Part shown: one piece after another, positions 32,615 through 43,000 of the stretch | Layout: each line of letters begins with the position of its first letter | How positions within the stretch are numbered: the stretch's first letter is position 1 | Source: Macrostomum lignano | Lineage: Eukaryota | NCBI GenBank assembly: GCA_002269645.1 | Contig: NIVC01002996.1 | Location: 62,820 to 126,819, forward strand | DNA: 64,000 nucleotides | Reading direction: 5' to 3' | Made by a program: the position numbers and the translations under genes | Notes under the pieces: generated by a model | Told to the model about the DNA's origin: nothing | Database searches by the model: none | What the model saw: the letters and a program-made list of their open reading frames with translations, nothing else

Positions 32615-34243
32615 TCAGAAAACGCGGAGAACGTGACCTGCACCACTATGTTGTAATTGGGTGTTGAGATTCGGGGTCTGAGCTTTTATGTGCAGGGCCT
32701 CGAGAATTCTAAGTTTGGCGTCAGTATGGCTTTGGTCAATGATTTTAAAGTGTTTTTCTGGTTTGCAGTCATTGCAGTTAGTGCATTCAAGGAGGTGAGT
32801 TTGTATAGCAGATGGTTTGAGCCAGTGTTCCCTGATCCTCGTGTGTAGGTGTCTTTTGGTTTTCCCCACGTAGGAGACGCTCTGGTCCACAGAGCAGTTA
32901 AATTGGTAGACAACACCTGCACGCAGAGTACAAGGAACACGCGACTTTAATCTGCTAACAAAGTTCCCAATCTTGTTCGTGTGGAAGACGACCCGGATGT
33001 TACGATTGAAAGAGGCAAAGAATAACCTACGCATTCTGTTTTTAAAGGCTAGAGATGGAGGTCCGAGGAAGGGGAGACGCAGAATGGGTTCAAATTCTTC
33101 AGTGGTAACAGATTGCTCAGGTTTTTGTTTGGTGATTTTGTCCGAGATGAACTTGTTGATGATTTTTTGGACCAGACAAACGGGGTAGTCATTTTGATGG
33201 AACAGTCTGGTGAGGAACTGCACCTCCCGGTCAAAGTTGATCCAGGTGTTACAGGTAGTGAAAGCTCTATGGAGCAAACACCTCACGAGCCCAGTTTTCC
33301 ATTGTCTGGGGCAAGTGGCTTGGAAGTTGAGAATGAGATTGGTAAAGCTTTTCTTACGGAAGACTTTTGTGGAGAGGGTTTCCTTACTGTAGTCAATGTC
33401 AATGTCCAGGAAGGGGAGTCTTTGGTCAACAGCATGTTCAACCGTGAATTTTATGTTCTTATGAGTGGAGTTGAGAGCGTGGAGGAACTGATCAATTTTT
33501 TGCTCATGATCAAAGATGGCAAACGTATCGTCGACGTAGCGCCTGTAGAATTTGGGGGCACAGTTGAGAGACATCCAGTTTTCGGTTTCCCAATGGGCCA
33601 AGCAGACGTTCGCCAGAGTGGGGGCCAAGGGGCTTCCCATGGCACAGCCATCAACTTGCCTATAGTATTTATTGTCAAACATAAAGATTCCAGAGGTAGC
33701 AAAGCCCAGGAGTTTTCTAAAGGACGACTTGGCCATGGTGGGAGGGTTCGTGTTATACACCAATTCAGTGGCATAGTCAATGGCCAGATCAAGGGGGATG
33801 TTGGTGAAGAGAGAAACAACATCAAAACTACATAGAGAGTCGGATCTGTTGAGCGTAGGGTTGAACTTTTGAAGGTCATTGAGGAAGTCTTTGTTGGATT
33901 TGGACATGAAATTGGAAGGAATGCAGGGCTTGATAAGAGAATCCAGGTACTTGGCAACTTCGTATTCGGCGGTGTTGACCATGGAGACAATTGGTCTAAG
34001 AGGATTGTCAGGTTTGTGGACTTTACAAACTCCGTAGAGTTGTCCGGGTTGACTGCCACTAGGTAAGATACGCTGATAGATGTTTGGTTCGATGTGTTGT
34101 TTGATATGGTTGCGGAGGAAATTTTGAAGAGATCGTTCTGTTGATGGCTGTGCCATGGGAAGCCCCTTGGCCCCCACTCTGGCGAACGTCTGCTTGGCCC
34201 ATTGGGAAACCGAAAACTGGATGTCTCTCAACTGTGCCCCCAA
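32615..34243 (-). CDS. Penelope-like reverse transcriptase + GIY-YIG endonuclease (5'-truncated; first about 34 aa come from the antisense of the inverted copy)
   Basis: LYGVCKVHK, PLRPIVS, SFDVVSLFTNIP, QVDGCAMGSPLAP, YRRYVDD, LPFLDI, then GVVYQFNC..YVGKTKRHLHTRIREH and LEALHI..PNLN. Confidence 0.93.
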   Translation of the reverse strand: MGAQLRDIQFSVSQWAKQTFARVGAKGLPMAQPSTERSLQNFLRNHIKQHIEPNIYQRILPSGSQPGQLYGVCKVHKPDNPLRPIVSMVNTAEYEVAKYLDSLIKPCIPSNFMSKSNKDFLNDLQKFNPTLNRSDSLCSFDVVSLFTNIPLDLAIDYATELVYNTNPPTMAKSSFRKLLGFATSGIFMFDNKYYRQVDGCAMGSPLAPTLANVCLAHWETENWMSLNCAPKFYRRYVDDTFAIFDHEQKIDQFLHALNSTHKNIKFTVEHAVDQRLPFLDIDIDYSKETLSTKVFRKKSFTNLILNFQATCPRQWKTGLVRCLLHRAFTTCNTWINFDREVQFLTRLFHQNDYPVCLVQKIINKFISDKITKQKPEQSVTTEEFEPILRLPFLGPPSLAFKNRMRRLFFASFNRNIRVVFHTNKIGNFVSRLKSRVPCTLRAGVVYQFNCSVDQSVSYVGKTKRHLHTRIREHWLKPSAIQTHLLECTNCNDCKPEKHFKIIDQSHTDAKLRILEALHIKAQTPNLNTQLQHSGAGHVLRVF

Positions 34244-35180
34244 ATTCTACAGGCGCTACGTCGACGATACGTTTGCCATCTTTGATCATGAGCAAAAAAT
34301 TGATCAGTTCCTCCACGCTCTCAACTCCACTCATAAGAACATAAAATTCACGGTTGAACATGCTGTTGACCAAAGACTCCCCTTCCTGGACATTGACATT
34401 GACTACAGTAAGGAAACCCTCTCCACAAAAGTCTTCCGTAAGAAAAGCTTTACCAATCTCATTCTCAACTTCCAAGCCACTTGCCCCAGACAATGGAAAA
34501 CTGGGCTCGTGAGGTGTTTGCTCCATAGAGCTTTCACTACCTGTAACACCTGGATCAACTTTGACCGGGAGGTGCAGTTCCTCACCAGACTGTTCCATCA
34601 AAATGACTACCCCGTTTGTCTGGTCCAAAAAATCATCAACAAGTTCATCTCGGACAAAATCACCAAACAAAAACCTGAGCAATCTGTTACCACTGAAGAA
34701 TTTGAACCCATTCTGCGTCTCCCCTTCCTCGGACCTCCATCTCTAGCCTTTAAAAACAGAATGCGTAGGTTATTCTTTGCCTCTTTCAATCGTAACATCC
34801 GGGTCGTCTTCCACACGAACAAGATTGGGAACTTTGTTAGCAGATTAAAGTCGCGTGTTCCTTGTACTCTGCGTGCAGGTGTTGTCTACCAATTTAACTG
34901 CTCTGTGGACCAGAGCGTCTCCTACGTGGGGAAAACCAAAAGACACCTACACACGAGGATCAGGGAACACTGGCTCAAACCATCTGCTATACAAACTCAC
35001 CTCCTTGAATGCACTAACTGCAATGACTGCAAACCAGAAAAACACTTTAAAATCATTGACCAAAGCCATACTGACGCCAAACTTAGAATTCTCGAGGCCC
35101 TGCACATAAAAGCTCAGACCCCGAATCTCAACACCCAATTACAACATAGTGGTGCAGGTCACGTTCTCCGCGTTTTCTGA
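34140..35180 (+). pseudogene. Inverted truncated duplicate of the Penelope-like ORF (starts in RT motif 4)
   Basis: Protein identical to the last 341 aa of the minus-strand ORF. Confidence 0.9.
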
Positions 35181-35464
35181 ACAGTGAGTGACACAGTCGT
35201 GCACGCTGTGTACACTTAGCTTGACGTTCAATTACCTAAGCTAGCTACCGCCCCTGATTCTGCCTTTTGACCACTGGACAAGAATTGTGTACATTTGGTT
35301 TAACTTTCATTCTCAATCTATAATTCTCTCTCCTACCTACTATACCTATGTATGTTGTTAAAGCCAAGTTGTAATCAATTGTTTTCAATCTTACCCTCCT
35401 TACCTGTGTACGTTGCAAAAACCAATATTTAATCAATCGCTTTCAATCTCAATTTCTCAAATCG

Positions 35465-35522
35465 TTCTAATAAAATCCTGACGATGCACCATGGCGTGCG
35501 AAACGCGTTGAAGTTGTTAGAA
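35465..35522 (+). ncRNA. Type I hammerhead ribozyme motif in the PLE 3' region
   Basis: Core CUGACGA (35478-35484), stem II GCAC/GUGC, GAAA (35500-35503), palindromic stem III ACGCGU, predicted cleavage after GUU (35509). Stem I is UUCUAAUAA-AA-UC pairing with GA-AG-UUGUUAGAA. Confidence 0.8.
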
Positions 35523-35559
35523 ATTGTAATTATATTCAAATGTTGATATTAAGCTTTCT

Positions 35560-35831
35560 GCCGATACTAACATTTGAACTTTCTGCCGTCGAGAGTGCCA
35601 AGTCAGAGCGCGCACTCTTATTAACAATCGATGATTTATATTTATATTGGTTACTTATCAGTCATTAAAACAAAAGTTTCATTATAAAATTATCTTGCAA
35701 AATAACATAAATTACATACAGTAAAAAGTACAGTGAGATAAATACAATATAAATACTATAATACCAATACAACCTGATAAGAGTAACTACGAAATTATTT
35801 ACTTTTAAATTACATACGCAGATATGTTACA
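35560..35831 (-). repeat. 3' LTR, major fragment (remainder at 32172-32198)
   Basis: Direct repeat of 36780-37051. Confidence 0.92.
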
Positions 35832-35844
35832 TTATCCTCCTCTT
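35832..35844 (-). promoter_or_regulatory. Polypurine tract AAGAGGAGGATAA
   Basis: Abuts the TG start of the 3' LTR. Confidence 0.8.
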
Positions 35845-36751
35845 AGAAAAGACAATGTCCACATTGTCAAAAGTACAATTAACAAAAGAGTAGAATACAA
35901 AGTATAGAAAATAACTATTAAATATACAGTACATGCTAAATTTTGAGCAAAAAAAAGATTGAACTCGCATTCCCAACTAGACATCGCAATGAGGTGACAG
36001 AACACATTTTAAAACAATGGTCTGGACCAAAAGAGAAGCTAGTTAACCAACACAAAAACCAGAACCCAACAGGGTTAGCAGAGCCCTGGGTTCTCCCCAC
36101 CACAACCAGTGCAGAGCACAGCATGAATGAAGCAAAAAAACACTTTATTAATAAAAGGAATTTGCCTGTGCACACTATTGTGATACACTGCCATTGGGTG
36201 AAACCTTACAAAACACAGAAGAAAATACAGTACAACATTGAAAAATTATTTGAAAAGTAAAGTACATCATGGCAATTGCCAAAATACAGTATAAAGTACA
36301 TATGAAGGAATTACAGTAAGTATATAAATTAACAATTAAGTACAATTACATTAAAATCAATCAACAAAGCATAGGAATTGGAAAATGCAGCTTCCTGGTT
36401 CTGGACTTTAGAACAGCATAATTACAAATTTAAAAACAAAATTTTGCTCTGAACTGGGTACACATCTACATGTACATTCTACAGCTAGTATTGTATTTGA
36501 ACATAGATGCTTTTAAGAAAACAAATATAATATTCGAAATCACTCAGCGACTGACAGTATCTGCAGCACCTGTCCTTTGGCAGCATCTTCGGCACCTGTG
36601 ATTTTGTTGGCCTGGCTCGCGGCTGGCTGACATACTGGTTGGCGTCGGCTAGCTGGACGCGCGCTGCATGCTGATGTGATTGGCTGCGTTGCTGTACATT
36701 TGCGGTTGATCAGAAGATTCAGCGGAGTCCTTCATGGAATCCGAGTCCTAG

Positions 36752-36762
36752 CGTGGTCGCCA
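36752..36762 (-). promoter_or_regulatory. Primer-binding site TGGCGACCACG (complementary to a tRNA ending GUGGUCGCCA, probably tRNA-Arg)
   Basis: 1 nt after the LTR CA end. The tRNA identity is inferred. Confidence 0.8.
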
Positions 36763-36763
36763 T

Positions 36764-37051
36764 TGTAAAATAATGAATTGCTGATACTAACATTTGAACT
36801 TTCTGCCGTCGAGAGTGCCAAGTCAGAGCGCGCACTCTTATTAACAATCGATGATTTATTTTTATATTGGTTACTTATCAGTCATTAAAACAAAAGTTTC
36901 ATTATAAAATTATCTTGCAAAATAACATAAATTACATACAGTAAAAAGTACAGTGAGATAAATACAATATAAATACTATAATACCAATACAACCTGATAA
37001 GAGTAACTACGAAATTATTTACTTTTAAATTACATACGCAGATATGTTACA
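36764..37051 (-). repeat. 5' LTR (intact, 288 bp)
   Basis: TGTAACATATC...ATTATTTTACA on the minus strand, followed by the PBS. Confidence 0.92.
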
Positions 37052-40000
37052 ATAAATAATAGAACTAATTATCTAGCAAGTAAAATATTTTATAAATATT
37101 TCACTAGAGTGCATTTTCCATAACTAATAATATATACAATTATTCTTGACTGCAGTTGCGAATAATAGGATTGCCTCTCTCCGAGTCTCTTTTCAAATAA
37201 ACGAAGCAAAAAAATCACAAAAGTAGTATACTTGCATTTTTTGTTTACCAAAGCGCTTGATCGGCCATTCTGTCGATGTAACTAGACCTAGTAAGTGCTG
37301 TGCAGGCCCTATTGTGACCTTTTAGGGGCCTAATCTTAGGAACACTACTGACTATTTTTGTTGTTTTGACATCGAGTTGTGACGTGACTTAATGCTTGGG
37401 GCTCTTTCTTATCTACCACTAGAAAAATGTTTGAAAACATGGTAAACCCATTATATATTGATATAATAGTTTGTAAGTATCGTGGCAGTCTTGGTGGTGA
37501 CTGTCTAGGTATACTCAGAACCCCACCTTCAGATACTCATGCATCATCCTAAGGCCGAATGCCGGGGCTCGCCGACGCCGTTGTTGACCGTTGTAGCTGT
37601 CCTCGTATCTTAGAAAGTTTTTTTTAAAAAATCAAGAATTCAGATTTGTACCTGACATTATTACAAAAACAAATTTATAGACCAAAAAGGATAGCAAAAG
37701 TAGAGTAAACTTTCCATAAATATTTCAGCGCAAGCGTTATTTAATACCAAAATGAATATAAATTATATTTACCATCGGGTGCAGAAGGTCAAGTAATCAG
37801 TTTAGCGGAGTTGATGGGTACAAAAGCTTGGCTCTTGTCAAACCGAGAGAAGCCAAAACCTAGCAGAACCAAAGTATTGCCTTACTTACACAACCTCATT
37901 TTATATACACCAGAGGACATAGAGGGTAAATCAACGGTTTCTCTGCGATCTAAAAGTAAGTTTGGCGCACAATAAATAATGCGATTTGAAATTGTTTAAC
38001 CTATATTTTTTTGCTATTGAGGCGTAATTATGCAGCTTATTTTTGTACAAATTCCGTTCCCGGCTCTTCTATTTTGCATGCGAGATATTTGAATCTCGAA
38101 TTGATACAATTAAGTGCTTTCTTTAGCAAAAAATTAAGTTTGTCGTCTTGATACATGTACACAAACATGTACACAAACTGTACACATACATGTACTATAC
38201 CAACTCGTATCATAGTCTGTTTAATAGTAGAACTACCAAGCCTTTTTTCGGGAAAAGTTTCGGGCTGCTGCAAAGTGGAACTTCGCTCTTCTACCGCATA
38301 AGTATATCCATTAGAAGTACTAAATATTTCTTGTACTTAAAATTTGTCTTACTCGTAGTTTTATTCCGCCAAGCCTTTTTGAAGCGCTTCTACCGCCCAT
38401 GAATAACTGTAAATATGGCAGCCTTCGTTCTTTATACATGCACACAAGACACTGGGATTTCTACTCAGTTTCGATTTACAAGCGTATCCAGTTTCCATCT
38501 ACTTACCATCAACCATTCTATCCATCTACCCAGTTTCCCAGCTTCTTCTTTTCTAGAATCTGCTTATCCCGTTCAGTGCTATACAAAAAAAGCGAATTTT
38601 TGCGGAATCCGTTTAGAAAACACAACAGTTTTGAGTGTTGCCGCTCTCTCCAGTGAATAACTTTTTAAAGTTCTTCTCGAAACATTTGTGAGTGCACCTC
38701 GGGCGAAACGCATACCTACTTTATTTGGAATTTAGAAGTCTGTATTGTGAATTCAGTGCTTAAGAACTAAAAATTTTCCATTTCGCCAATGCATTTTACC
38801 ACGAAAACAGACCTCCGATGAAATTTGCACGATTTGCGAGTGCAGCGTCTTTCTGCTTCAGCTCATACATGTAGCTGCAGTGCACGGGCTGACACGATCA
38901 GGCACGGAAATTCCGCTGATAGAACTGGGTGGGGTGGGGCCGGGGGAACTTCAGTCTTCTTATCTACTGTTTGTTTATATCTTTCTCGCCAGCTTCGACT
39001 GTTCTTTAGACAAGTGGCGGAGAGCAGTGGTCTGATTTCTACAGCAATTATCACCACGGGCTGTATTTTGCATCTCGCAGAGACAAAAAGTGCTCTAGCT
39101 ATTCAATTTTGAATATTCTGCACAGTAGCAGCAGCGCAATTGGATTGGGCAACTGCAAGTTCTCTTTTTTACTGAATGCAGTAAAACGACACAATTGAGC
39201 TCTAAGTGCATATAAAGTGGCTTGGCTGCCTAGCTGTCAACATTTCAGTCTTTTTTGTAATTAATTACTCTCCGCGGCCGTTGTCCGCTACAGTAGCAAT
39301 TCGAGATGATAGAGAAATTTTAGTGCATAGAAAAGCAGTTTGTTTGTCTCCGGACCACAGAGCTAGCATTCTCTGGTCCAGACTGTCTTTTGAAACAGTT
39401 TCTGTAATATTACACGAATTAGTGCAGCTGTGCTTGTGCGATCTGTATCAAACTCAATTTTATTGTGAGGAATTTACATCAGTTTCAAAAACAACACCAA
39501 TTAATCAAGCATTTTGTGAAGATACGCTATGTGAAGATAGCATTCTGAATTTCGACCCCCCAATGTGGCTTTCTGTCACTTAAAATGACTTAGTAATGCT
39601 TTTATTCAAACTAGCAAAGTATTTTTCCATTAGTATATCCTTATTAATAATATCTGTTAAGTCCGTAAGATTTTAGCTCTTCTTGGAAATAGGAATACTT
39701 GAATTTCTCGATTTGATAATAATTTTCTTGGGGAAAAGTGGGGAAAAGTGACTATGGTTTGCAATCGAAAATATCATGAAAAGAACAAAACAACACAATT
39801 TTTTGGAAGGTTGCATTCTGGTTTTGAAATTTGCATCCTGAAATTGGACCCAGGATGCAATTTCGCATCCTTTCCCCAGCGAAAAAACGCCTGACTTGCA
39901 GCCTCAGGCGTGTGAGACTAATTTATGCACGTTATGATGCGCTGAAACGAACTCATAGCGTATCCATCCATTTCTTCGCTCTCTTCTTAAATAGCGACGC

Positions 40001-40066
40001 TACATTATAAAACTATAAAAAATTTCAGGGAATTGACGGAGCAGTACAGCAGCCACAGCACTCAGC

Positions 40067-43000
40067 ATGAGTGACTGTGGCCACCCACCATCTAACATAC
40101 GCAAGCGCTGCGAATGTGGCAAAGTGGCCGACAGGCTTCGCTCAAACTTCTGCACTTTTTGCTCGAAAGAGGAAAAGCTAATCATCTATTGCATTGAATG
40201 CAGCGAGCCGCCAAAAAAATGTCGCCATCAGCCAGAAAGCTTTCGCCGAAAATGTAAAAGCTGTGAGGAGGACGAGATGCCATTGCGCGGCAAGTGTTGC
40301 ACCGATTGTGGAACAAAGACACTCTTTGAACTATTCTGCGTCCTATGTCCAACTGACACGCCGCACGCAGGAAACCCTGAGGCAAGTGGACGAGTAAAAA
40401 AGATGTCGCACACAAGTGATTATGAAGAATGCTCTGTAGAAGAGCCGCCGAACACAGGTCATCGCGTTCAAGGACGTCCTGTAGAAGAGACGCCGAACAC
40501 AGGTGATCGCGTTCAAGGACGTCTTGTAGAAGAGACACCGAACACAGGTGATTTCGAGGAAGGACGTCCTGTAGAAGAGACGCCGAACACAGGTGATCGC
40601 GATCAACGATGTCCTGTAGAAGAGACGCCGAACACAGGTGATCGCGTTCAAGGACGTCTTGTAGAAGAGACGCCGAACCCAGGTGATCGCGATCAACGAC
40701 GTCCTGTAGAAGAGACGCCGAACACAGGTGATTTCGAAGAAGGACGTACTGTAGAAGAGACGCCGAACACAGGTGATTTCGAGGAAGGACGTACTGTAGA
40801 AGAGACGCCGAACACAGGTGATTTCGAGGAAGGACGTCCTGTAGAAGAGACGCCGAACACAGGTGATCGCGATGAAGGACGTCCTGTAGAAAAGACGCCG
40901 AACAGAGGTGATCGTGATCAACGACGTCATGTAGAAGAGACGCCGAACACAGGTGATCGTGATCAACGACGTCCTGTAGAAGAGACGCCGAACACAGGTG
41001 ATCGCGATCAAGGACGTCCTGTAGAAGAGACACCGAGCACAGGTGATCGCGATCAAGGACGTCCTGTAGAAGAGACACCGAACACAGGTGATAGCGATCA
41101 AGGACGTCCTGTAGAAGAGACACCGAACACAGGTGATAGCGATCAAGGACGTCCTGTAGAAGAGACGCCGAACACAGGTGATAGCGATCAAGGACGTCCT
41201 GTAGAAGAGACACCGAACACAGGTGATAGCGATCAAGGACGTCCTGTAGAAGAGACGCCGAACACTGGTGATCGCGTTCAAAGACGTCTTGTAGAAGAGA
41301 CGCCGAACACTGGTGATTTCGAGGAAGGACATCTTGTAAAAGAGACGCCGAACACAGGTGATCGCGATCAAGGACGTCCTGTAGAAGAGACGCCGAACAC
41401 AGGTGATCGCGATCAACGACCTCCTGTAGAAGAGACGCCGAACACAGGTGATCGCGAGAAAGGATGTACTGTAAGAGAGAGAGTGATTAAAATAAAATTT
41501 AGATGTGCCGTCCCCAATCGTCAAACAAAAGTTGGTCCTTCTGAAGATGAAACAAAATTAGTCATTATGATTCACTTCAAAAAGTCAACGCCGACTTCTT
41601 TGACACAACAAATTGCTTCAATTGATGAGTCTTTGAGTTTTCGTCATCTGTGCTTCATAGCCTCTTTTCCAAAAGACACAAAAGAAGTGAGCTACTGGTA
41701 CGAACTGGAAAAGCAAAGGAGTAGTCCAACACAAGTTTTAAAAGTAAATGTGCAGCCTGGAGAGGTGCAGCTTCAAATAGATGGCTTGATTTTCGCAACC
41801 GGAAGCTACAAAAAACAACCTAATGTAGAAAAGGAAGCGCGTAATCTCGCTTTCACAGAAAGCACCTTTCTTGAATTACGTGAACGAGCTCATCAAAAGA
41901 TGCCAGTGGCACCTGTGCTGCTTGAAGTCTCAAGGCCGCAAAATCAGCAAATGGTTCATATCGCTTCTGTTGGACTTAAGGTCTGTTTTTTCGAAACGAA
42001 TTATTTGTCTCTTTGCTACTTTCATGCACAAGAAGTAAAATATTTTCAGGTGATCGAAAAAATCCTCGAGAATCCAACGGATTTTGGATTCGCCGCCAGA
42101 GACGACAAGACCGCACCTCATTGGCACAACAATCTGCGGCTTATCAAACTTGCTGATCACTGCGACGCCGTTCGGGCCTATTTGGCGGAGGCCCCTGCGA
42201 GTACTTCCAGCTTAGAAAAACTAATTTCTATGTCACTTCCGCCCACTTCGCTTGAAGAAATTCAAGCCTTACCAGACAATGAACTGTAAGTTACTGCTAT
42301 GAGGTTATGAGATTTTTTTAGCATGTGGGATTTCATTATGAAACTATTTGCCTGTTAAGTTTTAGGAACGCAAAGTCAACTTAGGTTAGGTAAGAATATA
42401 TTTGACCGCAGCAGTCGGCCTTTTTTAGCGCTCGGCGTAAAAAATTAAAAGCCGTACTGTACTGTATTCGAGCTATGGAAATTAGCCATCGACCATGAAT
42501 TATACTCATACGCTCGTATTTCATAAATTGTCAGCAAAGCAACAGCTCGAATTATAAAGTCCGTTTTTGATAGATTATAATAACTTACACCAAATTAATT
42601 ACTGAGTTTTATTAAATTCTGTCTTTAGTTAAGTTATTCAGAGGTAGATTAAGGTTTCTAGATGGTTCGGTGGAGAAAGGATATTAAATAACACAAAATT
42701 ACACGGAGGAATTGAGAAGCAAGGTACTCTGCAAAGTAGTAACTGGGAGTGCAACATTTAATACAAGCATATTTGATTGCACACTATTTTTCATTGTTGT
42801 CTTTTTATCTTATCTTTGATCTTGTCTGGGAAAATGTTTGACTAATTACACCGGCATCGCATTGCAGATCGGAAGTGTCAAAATCGGTGCAAAAAATCAT
42901 GGATGAACTTCTTGACAAAAACATGCCAGACTTAGCGCTACAACTGGTGCCTGCTTACCATCTAGTTGTACTCGCTGCCGATCCTAGAAATAGACAGCAT

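Larger units (their letters stand above)
32199..35559. mobile_element. Penelope-like retroelement (RT + GIY-YIG): 5'-truncated minus-strand copy joined to an inverted, more truncated plus-strand copy
   Basis: Inverted arms 32236-33655 and 34140-35559 (1420 bp), spacer 484 bp, unique 37-nt 3' tail 32199-32235, TSD GCCGATACTAA (32188-32198, 35560-35570). Confidence 0.95.
32172..37051 (-). mobile_element. Non-autonomous LTR retrotransposon (TRIM/LARD-like, 1508 bp without the nested insertion)
   Basis: 288-bp TG..CA LTRs (36764-37051, and 32172-32198 + 35571-35831) with 2 differences seen. PBS 36752-36762, PPT 35832-35844, 4-bp TSD ATAA (32168-32171, 37052-37055), 932-bp internal region without a long ORF. 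Confidence 0.92.

Noticed and set aside
37527-37860. Small minus-strand coding gene from exon-like segments 37527-37608 and 37773-37859
   Set aside because: Splice-like signals exist, but joining them creates TGA at the junction and all frames of the upstream segment close. At most a non-coding transcript.
39729-39749. GGGGAAAAGT tandem as an interferon-response-like element
   Set aside because: It is too short and low-complexity, and there is no support for such a pathway here.
40436-41470. TPNTG repeats as sortase LPxTG anchors suggesting bacterial origin
   Set aside because: The motif lacks the Leu, has no transmembrane tail and is part of a spliced eukaryotic gene.
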